From Neocallimastix sp. 'constans' (lineage: Eukaryota): a stretch of 64,000 bases of DNA. The stretch covers positions 186,001-250,000 of the forward strand of contig JBODTK010000153.1 of NCBI GenBank assembly GCA_050613775.1, given 5' to 3'. A program made the position numbers and the translations under genes. This document shows, one piece after another, positions 52,967-64,000 of this stretch. Every line of letters starts with the position of its first letter. Position 1 is the stretch's first letter. The notes under the pieces are model-generated. The model was not told the DNA's origin. It searched no databases and saw only the letters and a program-made list of their open reading frames with translations.

Positions 52967-55900
52967 ATGCAAGACTTTAACTTAGCTAAGGACCAACGCC
53001 TCCATGGAAAATCCAACTTTAATGAGTGGAAATTCCTTATTGACAATGCCGCTAAACGTCAAGGTATTAAGGAATTCATGGAAGTCGACGTCGTTGGAAA
53101 ACTTAATGATGTAGGTTTTGATTACAACCCCAATGTCAACGATGTTATCAACAAGGTAATTACTAAATTAATTACCAAAATGTTACCGCAAGCTCCTGCC
53201 GAACCTATTCGAAACAATAATGCTGAGGTTAATCGAAACAATAATGTTGATATCAATACTCAGCTAACTAACTTTTTTGGTAATCCTCTTAATCATATCA
53301 GATTAGTTGAGGAAGCAGAAAGGATCGATGCTGACATGATACTCATGATCAGTAAGAATGTCGATGATTCTGTTTTAAGAGAAATCAGCAGACTTAATAA
53401 TGGTTTCCGTATAATGGAAAGACTCAAATCAAAATATGGAAATTCAAATGCTGATATGGAATACTGGCTTAAAAGATTAAGAAGTATTAAAGCCAGAGAT
53501 AGAAATCAAATCATCGAAAAGCTAGAACTTATGAAAGAAACTTTCGATGATATGGAAGAACAACATGTGGAGATCACTGATAAGGAAAAATTAAAATATC
53601 TCTATAACGTACTACCGGATGATTATAAAAATATCATTCAAATTAATTTGAATAGTGACCCTAATGTATATATTAATAATCTCAAAAGTTTTATTTATGC
53701 AAAATCTTACCTAGAAAATTGGGAAGATAACAAAACCATTGAAAAAGATGATCCAATGGATCTAGATTTTATCAGTAGAGGAAGAAGAACTAGTAATTCC
53801 TCAAAGAAAAATGAACACAACAACCATAATAACAAAAGCTCTAACTCTAAGAAAAGAGGAAAGCAAAATGGTAACCAATATAACAATAATAATAAAGATA
53901 ATAGTAACAAAGACAATAATAATAAATCATATTGTCACATTTGTGAAGTTAAAGGACACTCTACCAGAAACTGCATATATAATATGAAGACGAAGTCAAA
54001 TCATAATAAAGGGAGGCAAGAAAAGCTTCAAGTAAAGACCACATTAAATGATCATCCAAAGAAGTCTTTACATTTAATAAGTAAAATTTCTGATCCAGAC
54101 AGTGCCAGTAGTTATGACGATAATTTTGATTTTGAAGACGCAAGGGCACTGATAGAAAAACAAGAAGAAATAAACATTGACAATAAGGTTAAATTTTCTG
54201 GATTAATTGAATACGTGAATGATAGTTTTATTATTCCAAAGGAGATAACAATTCCTAATAAAAAAGAGGAATTATATGTAAACAACATCAATTATTATGA
54301 AGAAAATGATAAGACTAGTGAATGGTTATATGATACTGGTGCTGGAGAACATATAACTAATGATTTTAATTTGCTAAATAATTTTATTCACTGCAAAATA
54401 AAGTTAAGATGTGCCAATGGGACAATGTGTAGCTTCGAAGGATATGGTACTTACGAATGTTACATTAATGGAATATATTTACGACTAGACAAGGTATTAT
54501 ATTCAAAATCTGCAACTAAAAATCTTATTAGTGGAATAGAACTGGCCAAAATAGGATATAGAGTCATTATTGACACTGATGATTATACACGTGGTAGATT
54601 TAACTTATGGGGTCCAAATAATGTATATATAGGAACTTATTATTCTACAAATGATAATCAATTCTTAGTAAATACTTACAAGATTAATAAAAACTTTGAA
54701 GAAAAGGATAAAAATATTATGGCTTTAAACGAAGTTGATGAAAAAAGCCTTGAAATTTGGCATAGAAGACTAGGTCATTATTACCTAGAAAACATAAACA
54801 AATATCTAAGTTTACACCAAATAAAAACTCCTAAATGCATAGAATGTAAAGTAGCTAAAATGTCAAGGAAATCACACGGAGGAAAAACACCGAAAGCTAC
54901 GAAAATATTAGAAATAATACATTCAGACATTTCAGGTCCATACAATTCATCTATCAATAATAAAAAATACTTTATTACATTCATGGATGAATTCTCAAGA
55001 AAAGTATGGATATATACTTTAAAATCTAAAGCCGAAGCCCCCGAATTAATTGTGGAATTCTTCAAGTACTTAAATAACCAATTTGAAGAATATAATATTA
55101 AAATATTTAAATCAGATGGAGGAAAGGAATTTAAAAATAAAACAGTTAATAAATACTGTAAAGAAAATGGAATAGAAAAAACCTATTCTCCTCCAGGTTG
55201 TCCTGAAGTTAATGGAAAAGCTGAAAGAATAAACAGAACTCTTAGAAATTCAGCTAAAACTCTTCTATATTGGGCAGAATTATCAGAAAACTTTTGGAAT
55301 TTCGCCATAAAACAGGCATGCTACATATATAACTTAATTCCCCATTCAGGAAATAAATTTTTAATACCCAATGAAGTATTTTACAACAAAAAGGTAGAGT
55401 TAAAACATTTAAAAACCTTTGGTTGTGTGTGTTATTACAGGGATGATACACAACACAAATCAAAATTTTTACCAAATGCTAAGAAGGGCGTATTCTTGGG
55501 ATTTGATGATAAAAAATATTCATATATTATCATGGATATTGAAAATAATAAAATACATTATACTAACGATGTAGAATTCGTTGAAGAAGAGCCTAGTAAA
55601 CACAAATACGAAACAAGCAATTATAAAGACTCTTACTTCTCATTTATGAAAGACAACAATAGAAAAGATATGAATCCAGAAGATAATATTATAAATGAAG
55701 ATAATAATATAAATGAAGATAATAATATGAACAATGAAAATAATTTTAATGGAAGAAACATCTTAAATGAAGAAAACAGTTTAAATGAAAATATTAATAA
55801 TGAAAGGACTACTAATACAGAACATAAAAGTAATTACATTAAAAATAAGCATGTCAATAATATATCGTTAAATGAAGAAAATCAAGAATTTGATAATAAA

Positions 55901-56815
55901 GATATAAACCAGAAAAATAACCATAATTTAAATAAAGATGTTGAAATTAATTCTAAAATTAATCCTGAAATTAAAAATAAAAATAATTGTGAATTTAAAT
56001 TGAAATTCAATTTCAACAATGTTGACAAAAATAATTCTGAAAATAATTATTTGAATGAGATAAATAGAAATTTAGAAATAATAAATAAAAATTATAATAA
56101 AAAGTTTAGAAATAATACTAAGAATACCAATTTTAATTCTAACATTATTGAAAAATATAAACCAGAAGATCCTGCTTACACCGCCTCAACTTCCAGCAGG
56201 AACAAAGGAAAAGAAAAAATAACCGAATTTGAAAATTTTGATAAAAATAAAATATTTTTAAATAATGAAAAATCAAGCCAAAATTTACAGAATTTTACAA
56301 TAAATAATAATAATATGAAAAAAAATTTTAATAATAAAAATTTTTCAAAAAATGATGAAAAAATTCAAGAAAATCTATTGGCTGAAGCAAAATCACATTC
56401 ATATCATATCAAAAAATTTTCAAATAATTCAATAATTTCAAATAACACTAATGAATCACATATTACATATGACAACAATAATGATTCACATAAATCTATT
56501 AATAATTCAAATAAATCAATGAATATCAAAAATTTTCCAAAAAATGATCAAAATTTTATTAATAAAAATTTTTTATCGAAAAATAATAAATTAATTCAAC
56601 AAAATTCAAAATCCAGCGACTCTATGAAGAAAAACTATAATTTCTCCACTCCTACAATAGATATCAATAATATTCCTTCAGATAATAAAAATACGGTAAT
56701 GGAAAATCTTAAAAATATAACTCTTCCATATAATATTAATCAGAATTTACCTTTAATAACCGATTCTTCAACCAACCAAATTTCTCAAAAAAACAGACGA
56801 AATTTCACTTACTAA
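52967..56815 (+). CDS. gag-pol: Copia C gag-protease-integrase with Asn-rich tail
   Basis: CHICEVKGHSTRNC, WLYDTGA, WHRRLGH..CIEC, IIHSDISGP, KSDGGKEF, NGKAERIN. Confidence 0.95.
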   Translation: MQDFNLAKDQRLHGKSNFNEWKFLIDNAAKRQGIKEFMEVDVVGKLNDVGFDYNPNVNDVINKVITKLITKMLPQAPAEPIRNNNAEVNRNNNVDINTQLTNFFGNPLNHIRLVEEAERIDADMILMISKNVDDSVLREISRLNNGFRIMERLKSKYGNSNADMEYWLKRLRSIKARDRNQIIEKLELMKETFDDMEEQHVEITDKEKLKYLYNVLPDDYKNIIQINLNSDPNVYINNLKSFIYAKSYLENWEDNKTIEKDDPMDLDFISRGRRTSNSSKKNEHNNHNNKSSNSKKRGKQNGNQYNNNNKDNSNKDNNNKSYCHICEVKGHSTRNCIYNMKTKSNHNKGRQEKLQVKTTLNDHPKKSLHLISKISDPDSASSYDDNFDFEDARALIEKQEEINIDNKVKFSGLIEYVNDSFIIPKEITIPNKKEELYVNNINYYEENDKTSEWLYDTGAGEHITNDFNLLNNFIHCKIKLRCANGTMCSFEGYGTYECYINGIYLRLDKVLYSKSATKNLISGIELAKIGYRVIIDTDDYTRGRFNLWGPNNVYIGTYYSTNDNQFLVNTYKINKNFEEKDKNIMALNEVDEKSLEIWHRRLGHYYLENINKYLSLHQIKTPKCIECKVAKMSRKSHGGKTPKATKILEIIHSDISGPYNSSINNKKYFITFMDEFSRKVWIYTLKSKAEAPELIVEFFKYLNNQFEEYNIKIFKSDGGKEFKNKTVNKYCKENGIEKTYSPPGCPEVNGKAERINRTLRNSAKTLLYWAELSENFWNFAIKQACYIYNLIPHSGNKFLIPNEVFYNKKVELKHLKTFGCVCYYRDDTQHKSKFLPNAKKGVFLGFDDKKYSYIIMDIENNKIHYTNDVEFVEEEPSKHKYETSNYKDSYFSFMKDNNRKDMNPEDNIINEDNNINEDNNMNNENNFNGRNILNEENSLNENINNERTTNTEHKSNYIKNKHVNNISLNEENQEFDNKDINQKNNHNLNKDVEINSKINPEIKNKNNCEFKLKFNFNNVDKNNSENNYLNEINRNLEIINKNYNKKFRNNTKNTNFNSNIIEKYKPEDPAYTASTSSRNKGKEKITEFENFDKNKIFLNNEKSSQNLQNFTINNNNMKKNFNNKNFSKNDEKIQENLLAEAKSHSYHIKKFSNNSIISNNTNESHITYDNNNDSHKSINNSNKSMNIKNFPKNDQNFINKNFLSKNNKLIQQNSKSSDSMKKNYNFSTPTIDINNIPSDNKNTVMENLKNITLPYNINQNLPLITDSSTNQISQKNRRNFTY

Positions 56816-58592
56816 TAATAACGAAATAAATAATAAATTTAACAACAATAATATAGTAAATAAAGAAAATTATGCCCACAAATCTCTTATAGATGCATCA
56901 AGTGTTATTGATTTTAATAATGATGAAATTATGGATGACATTGTAGCCAATACAGAATATGGCAATATCCATAAAAGACCACTTAGTCCAAAATATAAAG
57001 AGACTGCACCTACTAATATTAGTTCTCGTAGAAAACTAGACCAAATCAACGACATTATTATTGCTTCTATATTTTGTCACATTCCTAATACATATGAAGA
57101 AGCAATAAACAGTGAAGACAAAAATAACTGGATTGAGGCTATTAATGATGAACTTAATAACCTTTATTCTAATAATATTATGACTTTTGTTAAAAATGTA
57201 CCTAAAAACAAGAACATCATTACCACAAAATGGGTTTTCAACACTAAACGTGATTCAAATAATAATATTTATAAATATAAAGCTCGTTTAGTTGCTCGTG
57301 GATTTAAACAAAAATGGGGAATCGATTATGAATTAACTTATTTTCCTACTCTAAACATTGATGGTCTTAAATTAATATTCGCTATTTCTGCTGCTCTTAA
57401 GTGGAATATTTTCCAGCTAGATATAAAGGCCGCTTACCTTAATGCTCCGCTTGATAAAGATATTTATACTACTATTCCTAAAGGCGATACGCGCTTTGGG
57501 CGGGGATATTGGAAGCTCAACAAAGCTTTGTATGGCCTTAAGCAATCTGGTAGACAATGGTATAATACCATTAGAAAATTCCTAATAAAAAATGAGTTCA
57601 TTCAAATTAAATCCGAACAATGTATTTTCAAATTTACAAAAAATAATATAACAAAATGCATTATCGGCTTATACGTGGACGACATGGTCATCGCTGGAGA
57701 AAACGAATACATTAAACAAATAATAAATAAAATAAAATCAAAATTTAAAATATCTAAATGTGATCCAATTGAATACATATTAGGAATTGAAGTAAAGAAA
57801 GAAAATAATTCATATATTATTTCACAAAAAAATTTTATAAATAATATGTTATATAAATTTAATATTGATAATACAAAGAAAAGAAAAACACCATGTACTG
57901 GTGATAATAAAATATCAGAAAACAATAAACCTTTCGATAAAACAATCTACAAAAGCGCAATAGGTTCCTTAATATACCTTTCGAAATGTACTAGACCTGA
58001 CATAGCTTTCGCTGTAAATAAAGCTTCAAGAAAATGTGAAAATCCAACTATATCGGATTGGAACAAAATAATAAATATTCTAAAATATATTAATAGTACC
58101 AAAGAATTTAAGATAGAATATAATGGAAAGGGGGAGCTTGTTGCATATACCGACTCTGACTTTGCCGGCTGTTTGGAAGATAGAAAATCTACCTCAGGAG
58201 GAATAATACTTATGGGAACAAGTCCGATATGCTGGTTGTCCAAGAAACAAACAAGTGTTGCTACGTCTACTGCTGAAGCAGAGTACATAAGCACTTCCGA
58301 AAATATAAAGAAAATATTATGGATTAGAAATATAATAAAAGAAATTTTAAACAAATGGATAACTGTTAAAATCTATACAGATAATCAAGCAAGTAAGAAA
58401 ATAATGGAGAACGGAGAAATAAATACAAAATTAAAGCATATAAGTGTAAGATATCATTTCAACAGGGACAATATTGCAAAGAAGAAAGTAAAATTAGAAT
58501 ATATTGATACTGAAAACATGCTAGCGGACATATTAACCAAGGACTCAAATGGACCAAAGATACAAAAATTTACAAACAACATTTTTATCTAA
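56790..58592 (+). CDS. pol: Copia C RT-RNase H (+1 frame; open back to the A7 run near 56787-56793)
   Basis: YKARLVARGF, QLDIKAAYL, LYVDDMV, YTDSDFAG, STAEAEY, MLADILTK. Confidence 0.93.
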   Translation, partial: KTDEISLTNNNEINNKFNNNNIVNKENYAHKSLIDASSVIDFNNDEIMDDIVANTEYGNIHKRPLSPKYKETAPTNISSRRKLDQINDIIIASIFCHIPNTYEEAINSEDKNNWIEAINDELNNLYSNNIMTFVKNVPKNKNIITTKWVFNTKRDSNNNIYKYKARLVARGFKQKWGIDYELTYFPTLNIDGLKLIFAISAALKWNIFQLDIKAAYLNAPLDKDIYTTIPKGDTRFGRGYWKLNKALYGLKQSGRQWYNTIRKFLIKNEFIQIKSEQCIFKFTKNNITKCIIGLYVDDMVIAGENEYIKQIINKIKSKFKISKCDPIEYILGIEVKKENNSYIISQKNFINNMLYKFNIDNTKKRKTPCTGDNKISENNKPFDKTIYKSAIGSLIYLSKCTRPDIAFAVNKASRKCENPTISDWNKIINILKYINSTKEFKIEYNGKGELVAYTDSDFAGCLEDRKSTSGGIILMGTSPICWLSKKQTSVATSTAEAEYISTSENIKKILWIRNIIKEILNKWITVKIYTDNQASKKIMENGEINTKLKHISVRYHFNRDNIAKKKVKLEYIDTENMLADILTKDSNGPKIQKFTNNIFI

Positions 58593-58932
58593 AAATATTA
58601 TTTGAGAGGGAGTGTTGACTGCACTCATAATTTAACTATATATTTAATTTATTTATTTATAGTATTTATTTATATTTATGTGTATTTATTTATTTATATT
58701 TAATGATTACTTAAATGTATTATGATCTATCGTCTTGTATAAATCTATGTTAATTATCTTTTAATATTTATTTAATTAATTTTTAATTTATTTTATGTTA
58801 TGGAAAACGCATGTTGTAACATGTGACTTTATTACTTATTTAAAGCTGAAAGATAGATCATACACTTATTTCCCTTGTATACCATATTCCATAAGGAATA
58901 TTATTATAGATCTAAATTTAATAAAGCTAACA

Positions 58933-59480
<548 letters not shown>

Positions 59481-60137
59481 GTTTATATAAAATAAAATTA
59501 AAAGAGAGTTAAAATACTATATTTATTTTCATTTTTTATTTTAAATAGTTATATAAAAAATTTCAGTTTAATAAAGAATGATTTTAAATTCTTTATAAAT
59601 TAAAATAGTTCTATTAAATGTTATTGCTTCAATATTTTCATCATTAATTCTCTCGAAAACTTGATATTTATAGTAAATAATAGATATTAAAAAAAAATAC
59701 AGTAACAAAGTAAAAAAAATAATTTTAACTATATCGAAATATACCTAGAATTTATTAGAGTATAAATTTTTATAATTAAATAATATCATGTTCTACTTCA
59801 AATTCAGTTTATATGTCATTTAGGGAGTTTTAGTCTTTGAATGAATAAAGTATAAATAAAAAGGCATATATCATTTTTCCTCATTTTCAAACCTAATTTC
59901 ATCTTCTATGTCATCGTCTTTAATTTGATTTTCTATATAATTTGAATCAAATAATATAACATGTTAGATTTTTGGCAAAATAAAATAATTACTTTAACCA
60001 ATTATTTTTATAATGTATTGAATCATAAAAATTTTTGTAGTAAATTTATTTAGAATTAATATGATTTTTAGAATTATTTTTAAACGGCTGCGGCCATTAA
60101 TACTGGTAAATAAAGTTTATAAAAACAAGAAATTTTG

Positions 60138-60191
60138 TAAATTTATTTATTGTGTATTACTAAATATAGTAATACACAATAAATAAATTTA
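60138..60191. repeat. Perfect 25-bp inverted repeat with 4-nt loop
   Basis: TAAATTTATTTATTGTGTATTACTA-AATA-TAGTAATACACAATAAATAAATTTA. Confidence 0.9.
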
Positions 60192-62204
60192 AAAGTGTTG
60201 TACGATTTGAGCATTAATTAGCCAGGGATTCTTTCTAAAATAACATATTATAATTGTCTGGGATGACTAGAAAACCATGTTTTTACATATATATTTCAAC
60301 TTTCAATTTATTATTAAATACTCAGAAAAAAATTTTTTATAGTTATTTTTATAATATGTACGTATTAATAATAATTAAAAAATTTATTAAATAATTTTAT
60401 TATTTAAATATTATAAATTTTATTATACGAATTTATTTGTTTTTTTGAATTCAATAAAAAAAAATAAGGAAAAAAAATATCAATGTTTCGTATAAAGTTA
60501 TAGTATTCATTAATTTGATTATTCAATGTTTTTTTTTGAAATTTCAATTAATTTAAAAACAAAAGTCTCCTATTATTGATAATTGATTTTTATGTTATTT
60601 ACATAATTATATTATTAGTATTAAAATATATTCCATAATAATAGATATAGAAATAGAAATAGTTTATCATTAACTAATATGATACTTTTTAATAATCAAT
60701 AAATATAATTTTATTAGAAATTCTAATAATATTTCATGATCATTTTTCTATTGTTTTTTTTTTTTTTTTTTTGATATTATTTTAATTTTACAGTTTTTAT
60801 GATAAAAGTGTATTAATAAATTTGACAAAATCGTTTAATTTATACAATTTTTACGATCTAATATTTAATCATACCTTTTTCAATTATAATATTAATTTAT
60901 CCAATTTGCTTTCTATAAACAAAATATCTCTATTTAATATTTAATAATAATATAAGACTTGTATAATGTTACACAATTTAAAACTTTATAAACAAAAACT
61001 TTAAAATCAAACTAGTTTTTTTAATAAAAATTTTTGTTATTATTTTTTTTTTATTTCATTTTATTACTTTTTTTATTTCATTTTATTACTCTTTAAGATT
61101 ATTTTTACTCTATATTTTTTTTTTGAATTTTATTTATATCCACACTTGATTTACATGAGAATGAAACGATTCATAAAATATACAATAATATAAAAAATTT
61201 AAATTTTATTTTTAATAAAGAATAATATATAATTCCTATTGAATTATATTATCTACCATTTATTTTAATAATAAAATATCTAGCTATTACTAAATAATGA
61301 TTATCTAAATCAATAATTAAAAAAATATAATATTGAAATTTATAAAATGCATTTATCTTCTTATTATAAAAATATTCATTATAATTACTAAAATAAAACT
61401 ATTATCATTATTTTAAAAATTAATTAGTAATTAACTAATAATACAATTATTCATTTATTTAAATTAATTAGAAATACCAACAAAATCAATTCCCATTTTT
61501 ATTATAAACCAGAAAATAATTTAAATATATTTACTTTACTTTCATTTATAATAAATATTTAATATATCATTAAATATAAATTTAACATAATATTTATATT
61601 ATTAACTCAAGAATTCTTTTTAAATATTATATTATTATAAGTTATAATATTACTAATAAAATTTTAATAACAATATAAATTCAATTTAAATTTTTAATTG
61701 ATTCTGAAAAAATTCTTGAAGGTAATTACATCTTAAATTTTAAAATCAAATATAAATATATAAAAATTTTATAAATTCAAACTACAAGTTTTAGGTTATT
61801 TTCAATATTTTTATATAAAATTAATGTAATATTATAATAAAATATATATAATTTTTTAATAATTATTTAAATAATATTTTAGTTATATTAGTTTATAATA
61901 GTTAAATAAAAAGTAAATTAGTTATAAAAATAGTTTAGTTGATTATTAAAAGTAAATAATCCAGATAGATAAATAATAAATATAAGTAAATAATCCAGAT
62001 AGATAAATAATAAATAACAATAAATAACATAAATAAAAATAACTAAAATAAGTGTAAAATAAAATTTAGTGTTTTATCTATTGTTAATATTCCTTCAAAA
62101 AAAAAAAAAAGATAAACAGAAAAATTATAATAATTTTTTATTTAGTTTCGTCGATAACGTTCACCCTTTTTAGATATATATTATTATCCCATCCAATCTC
62201 AGAA

Positions 62205-62958
62205 CTAAGCTAATCTTTCCATATTGTACCCACAAGTGGACATTAATAGGTATATATTTTTTTCTTTATCTTTTTTCTTACTAATTAAGGGTTGAATCAT
62301 TATCGAGGGATGTATTTTACTTGTCACAGTCACTTGCATAAGAATTGAATTTGTTCCCAATTCTTTTTCTTTCTTCTTTCGAAGAGCTAGTGTAAGTATA
62401 GGACAAGAATTATCTTTAAGACTATTATGAATTCTCTTTACTTGGTTAGCTTCGTGATCTTTACTAATATTAGCACATTTTCTTTTGATTGTAGCAACCA
62501 AATAGTCATTTTCATCTAGAAGTAATTCATTATCCTTTATATCATTGATATTTTTTTCTTCAATATCATCCTCAAATAATTCTTTAATTACTTCTTCGTT
62601 TTCTGTTTCTTCTTATTCGTTATCATTAATCGAGGATTGTTGATATTCAACGGAAGCTATTTTATTGACAATGGGAGTGCTTCTTCTCCCTCTTAATGAT
62701 TTAAACCGTTTATTATCAAAGTATTCATTAATATTCTTTATAATAATAGCATTTAATTCTGAACATTCGGATTGGTAATGACCTTCTTCTCTACAGAAGA
62801 AACAGGTATTAATGTCAAGTCTCTCCTTACTCAGTTTTTCTATGTCCTTTAATTCTTTCTTTAGTTACCTAAAACTAATTGTACGACTACTATTTATAAC
62901 AATTAGACTTGGAATAGAAGAATTTAAAGAACTTGAAGGAGAGGATTCTAAATTCATA
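62205..62958 (-). pseudogene. Degenerate gag-like ORF with CCHC zinc knuckle
   Basis: INTCFFCREEGHYQSEC at ~62765-62815, upstream of ORF 62205-62501 and separated from it by in-frame stops. Confidence 0.6.
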
Positions 62959-64000
62959 TTAACAAATATTAAAGTAATATTATAAAATTGAGAACAATTT
63001 TATTTTAACGTTATGAAAATATAAACAAAGGAATTTATATTAATTAATTTTTAGTAATCATTAAAATATAATAATGTTTGTAGTATAAACTAGCGTCTTC
63101 AATGATCACCGAATATACATTAATGATATAAACCAGTGATGCACAGGCCCCTAAATATATCTAAGAATAGAATATAGATACAAACTAGTTTCTTAACCAA
63201 CCCTTAACTATATCTAAGAATAGTAGAATATAGATTTTCTTTCTTTCTTGTAATTATGATATATTGTATCAAAATTATTATGGTTCGGGGTAATATTATA
63301 TTTTTATTTATTTATTTATTTAATTTATTAAGTCTATATTTTAATTATTGAAAAACTTCATCTATTTATTCATTTTGAAAGAAAATAAATAAGTAAAGCC
63401 TTTCTACATTTACTATCATATCTTTTAGAAAAAATTATCAACTATTATTAATTGTTAAAAATCTATAATAAAACATAATGTGCTTAATTTTATTTACTAT
63501 AATTTTAACATTAATTATTCCAAATTTTATATTGAATTAAATTAACTAAATCATAATTATTTAACTTTAATAAATATTTGTTATATAATTTTATATTATT
63601 TTTTATATACTAAAACTAAATTATTTAATATATATGAAAAGAAATAAACAAAATATAAAAAGATTTTACAGAAAAATTAAGTTATTTTAATCTTGAAAAT
63701 TAATATATTCTTAGATTGTATATAAAATAAATTTAATGAATATATTTAATAATTATTATTAATTCTGCTTTGATTTTGTTTATAGAGAATTGAATAAAAA
63801 TTTTTATAAAAAATAATCAATTAAAAATAAAATACTATATTAAAACGAATAGAATTTTAATATTGATTAATATAATAATATAGTAATAATATATTTAAAA
63901 ATAAAAATAAAATAAAATATTAATATTGATAATAAACATTTTAATAAAATAAAATAAAAAGTTATATTATAAATAAATTAATTATAAAAATACAGAATTA

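Overview
Extremely AT-rich eukaryotic DNA with GT-AG spliced genes. The composition, Asn-rich ORFs and flagellar genes suggest an anaerobic gut fungus (Neocallimastigomycota); this is inference. Bases 1-~41 kb are a nest of LTR retrotransposons: degenerate Gypsy and Copia elements, one intact chromovirus with 941-bp LTRs and a Tf1-like self-priming signature, a solo LTR, and two copies of a tRNA-derived SINE with 15-bp TSDs. Bases 43-52 kb hold a degraded IFT122-like fragment fused to a Copia 3' end and two spliced cilia-associated genes (AXDND1-like, CCDC148-like). A very young Copia follows at 52.6-58.9 kb. Best candidate for an undescribed system: two distinct Copia elements (1997-7905 minus, 52572-58932 plus) that both sit inside (ATT)n microsatellites in the same orientation and phase (TSD ATTAT). 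Both carry a PBS complementary to the anticodon arm of tRNA-Lys(CTT), implying half-tRNA priming, and share an identical 18-nt KRPLSP motif in an otherwise unalignable integrase tail. All protein and tRNA identifications are by eye from remembered motifs; no searches were run.
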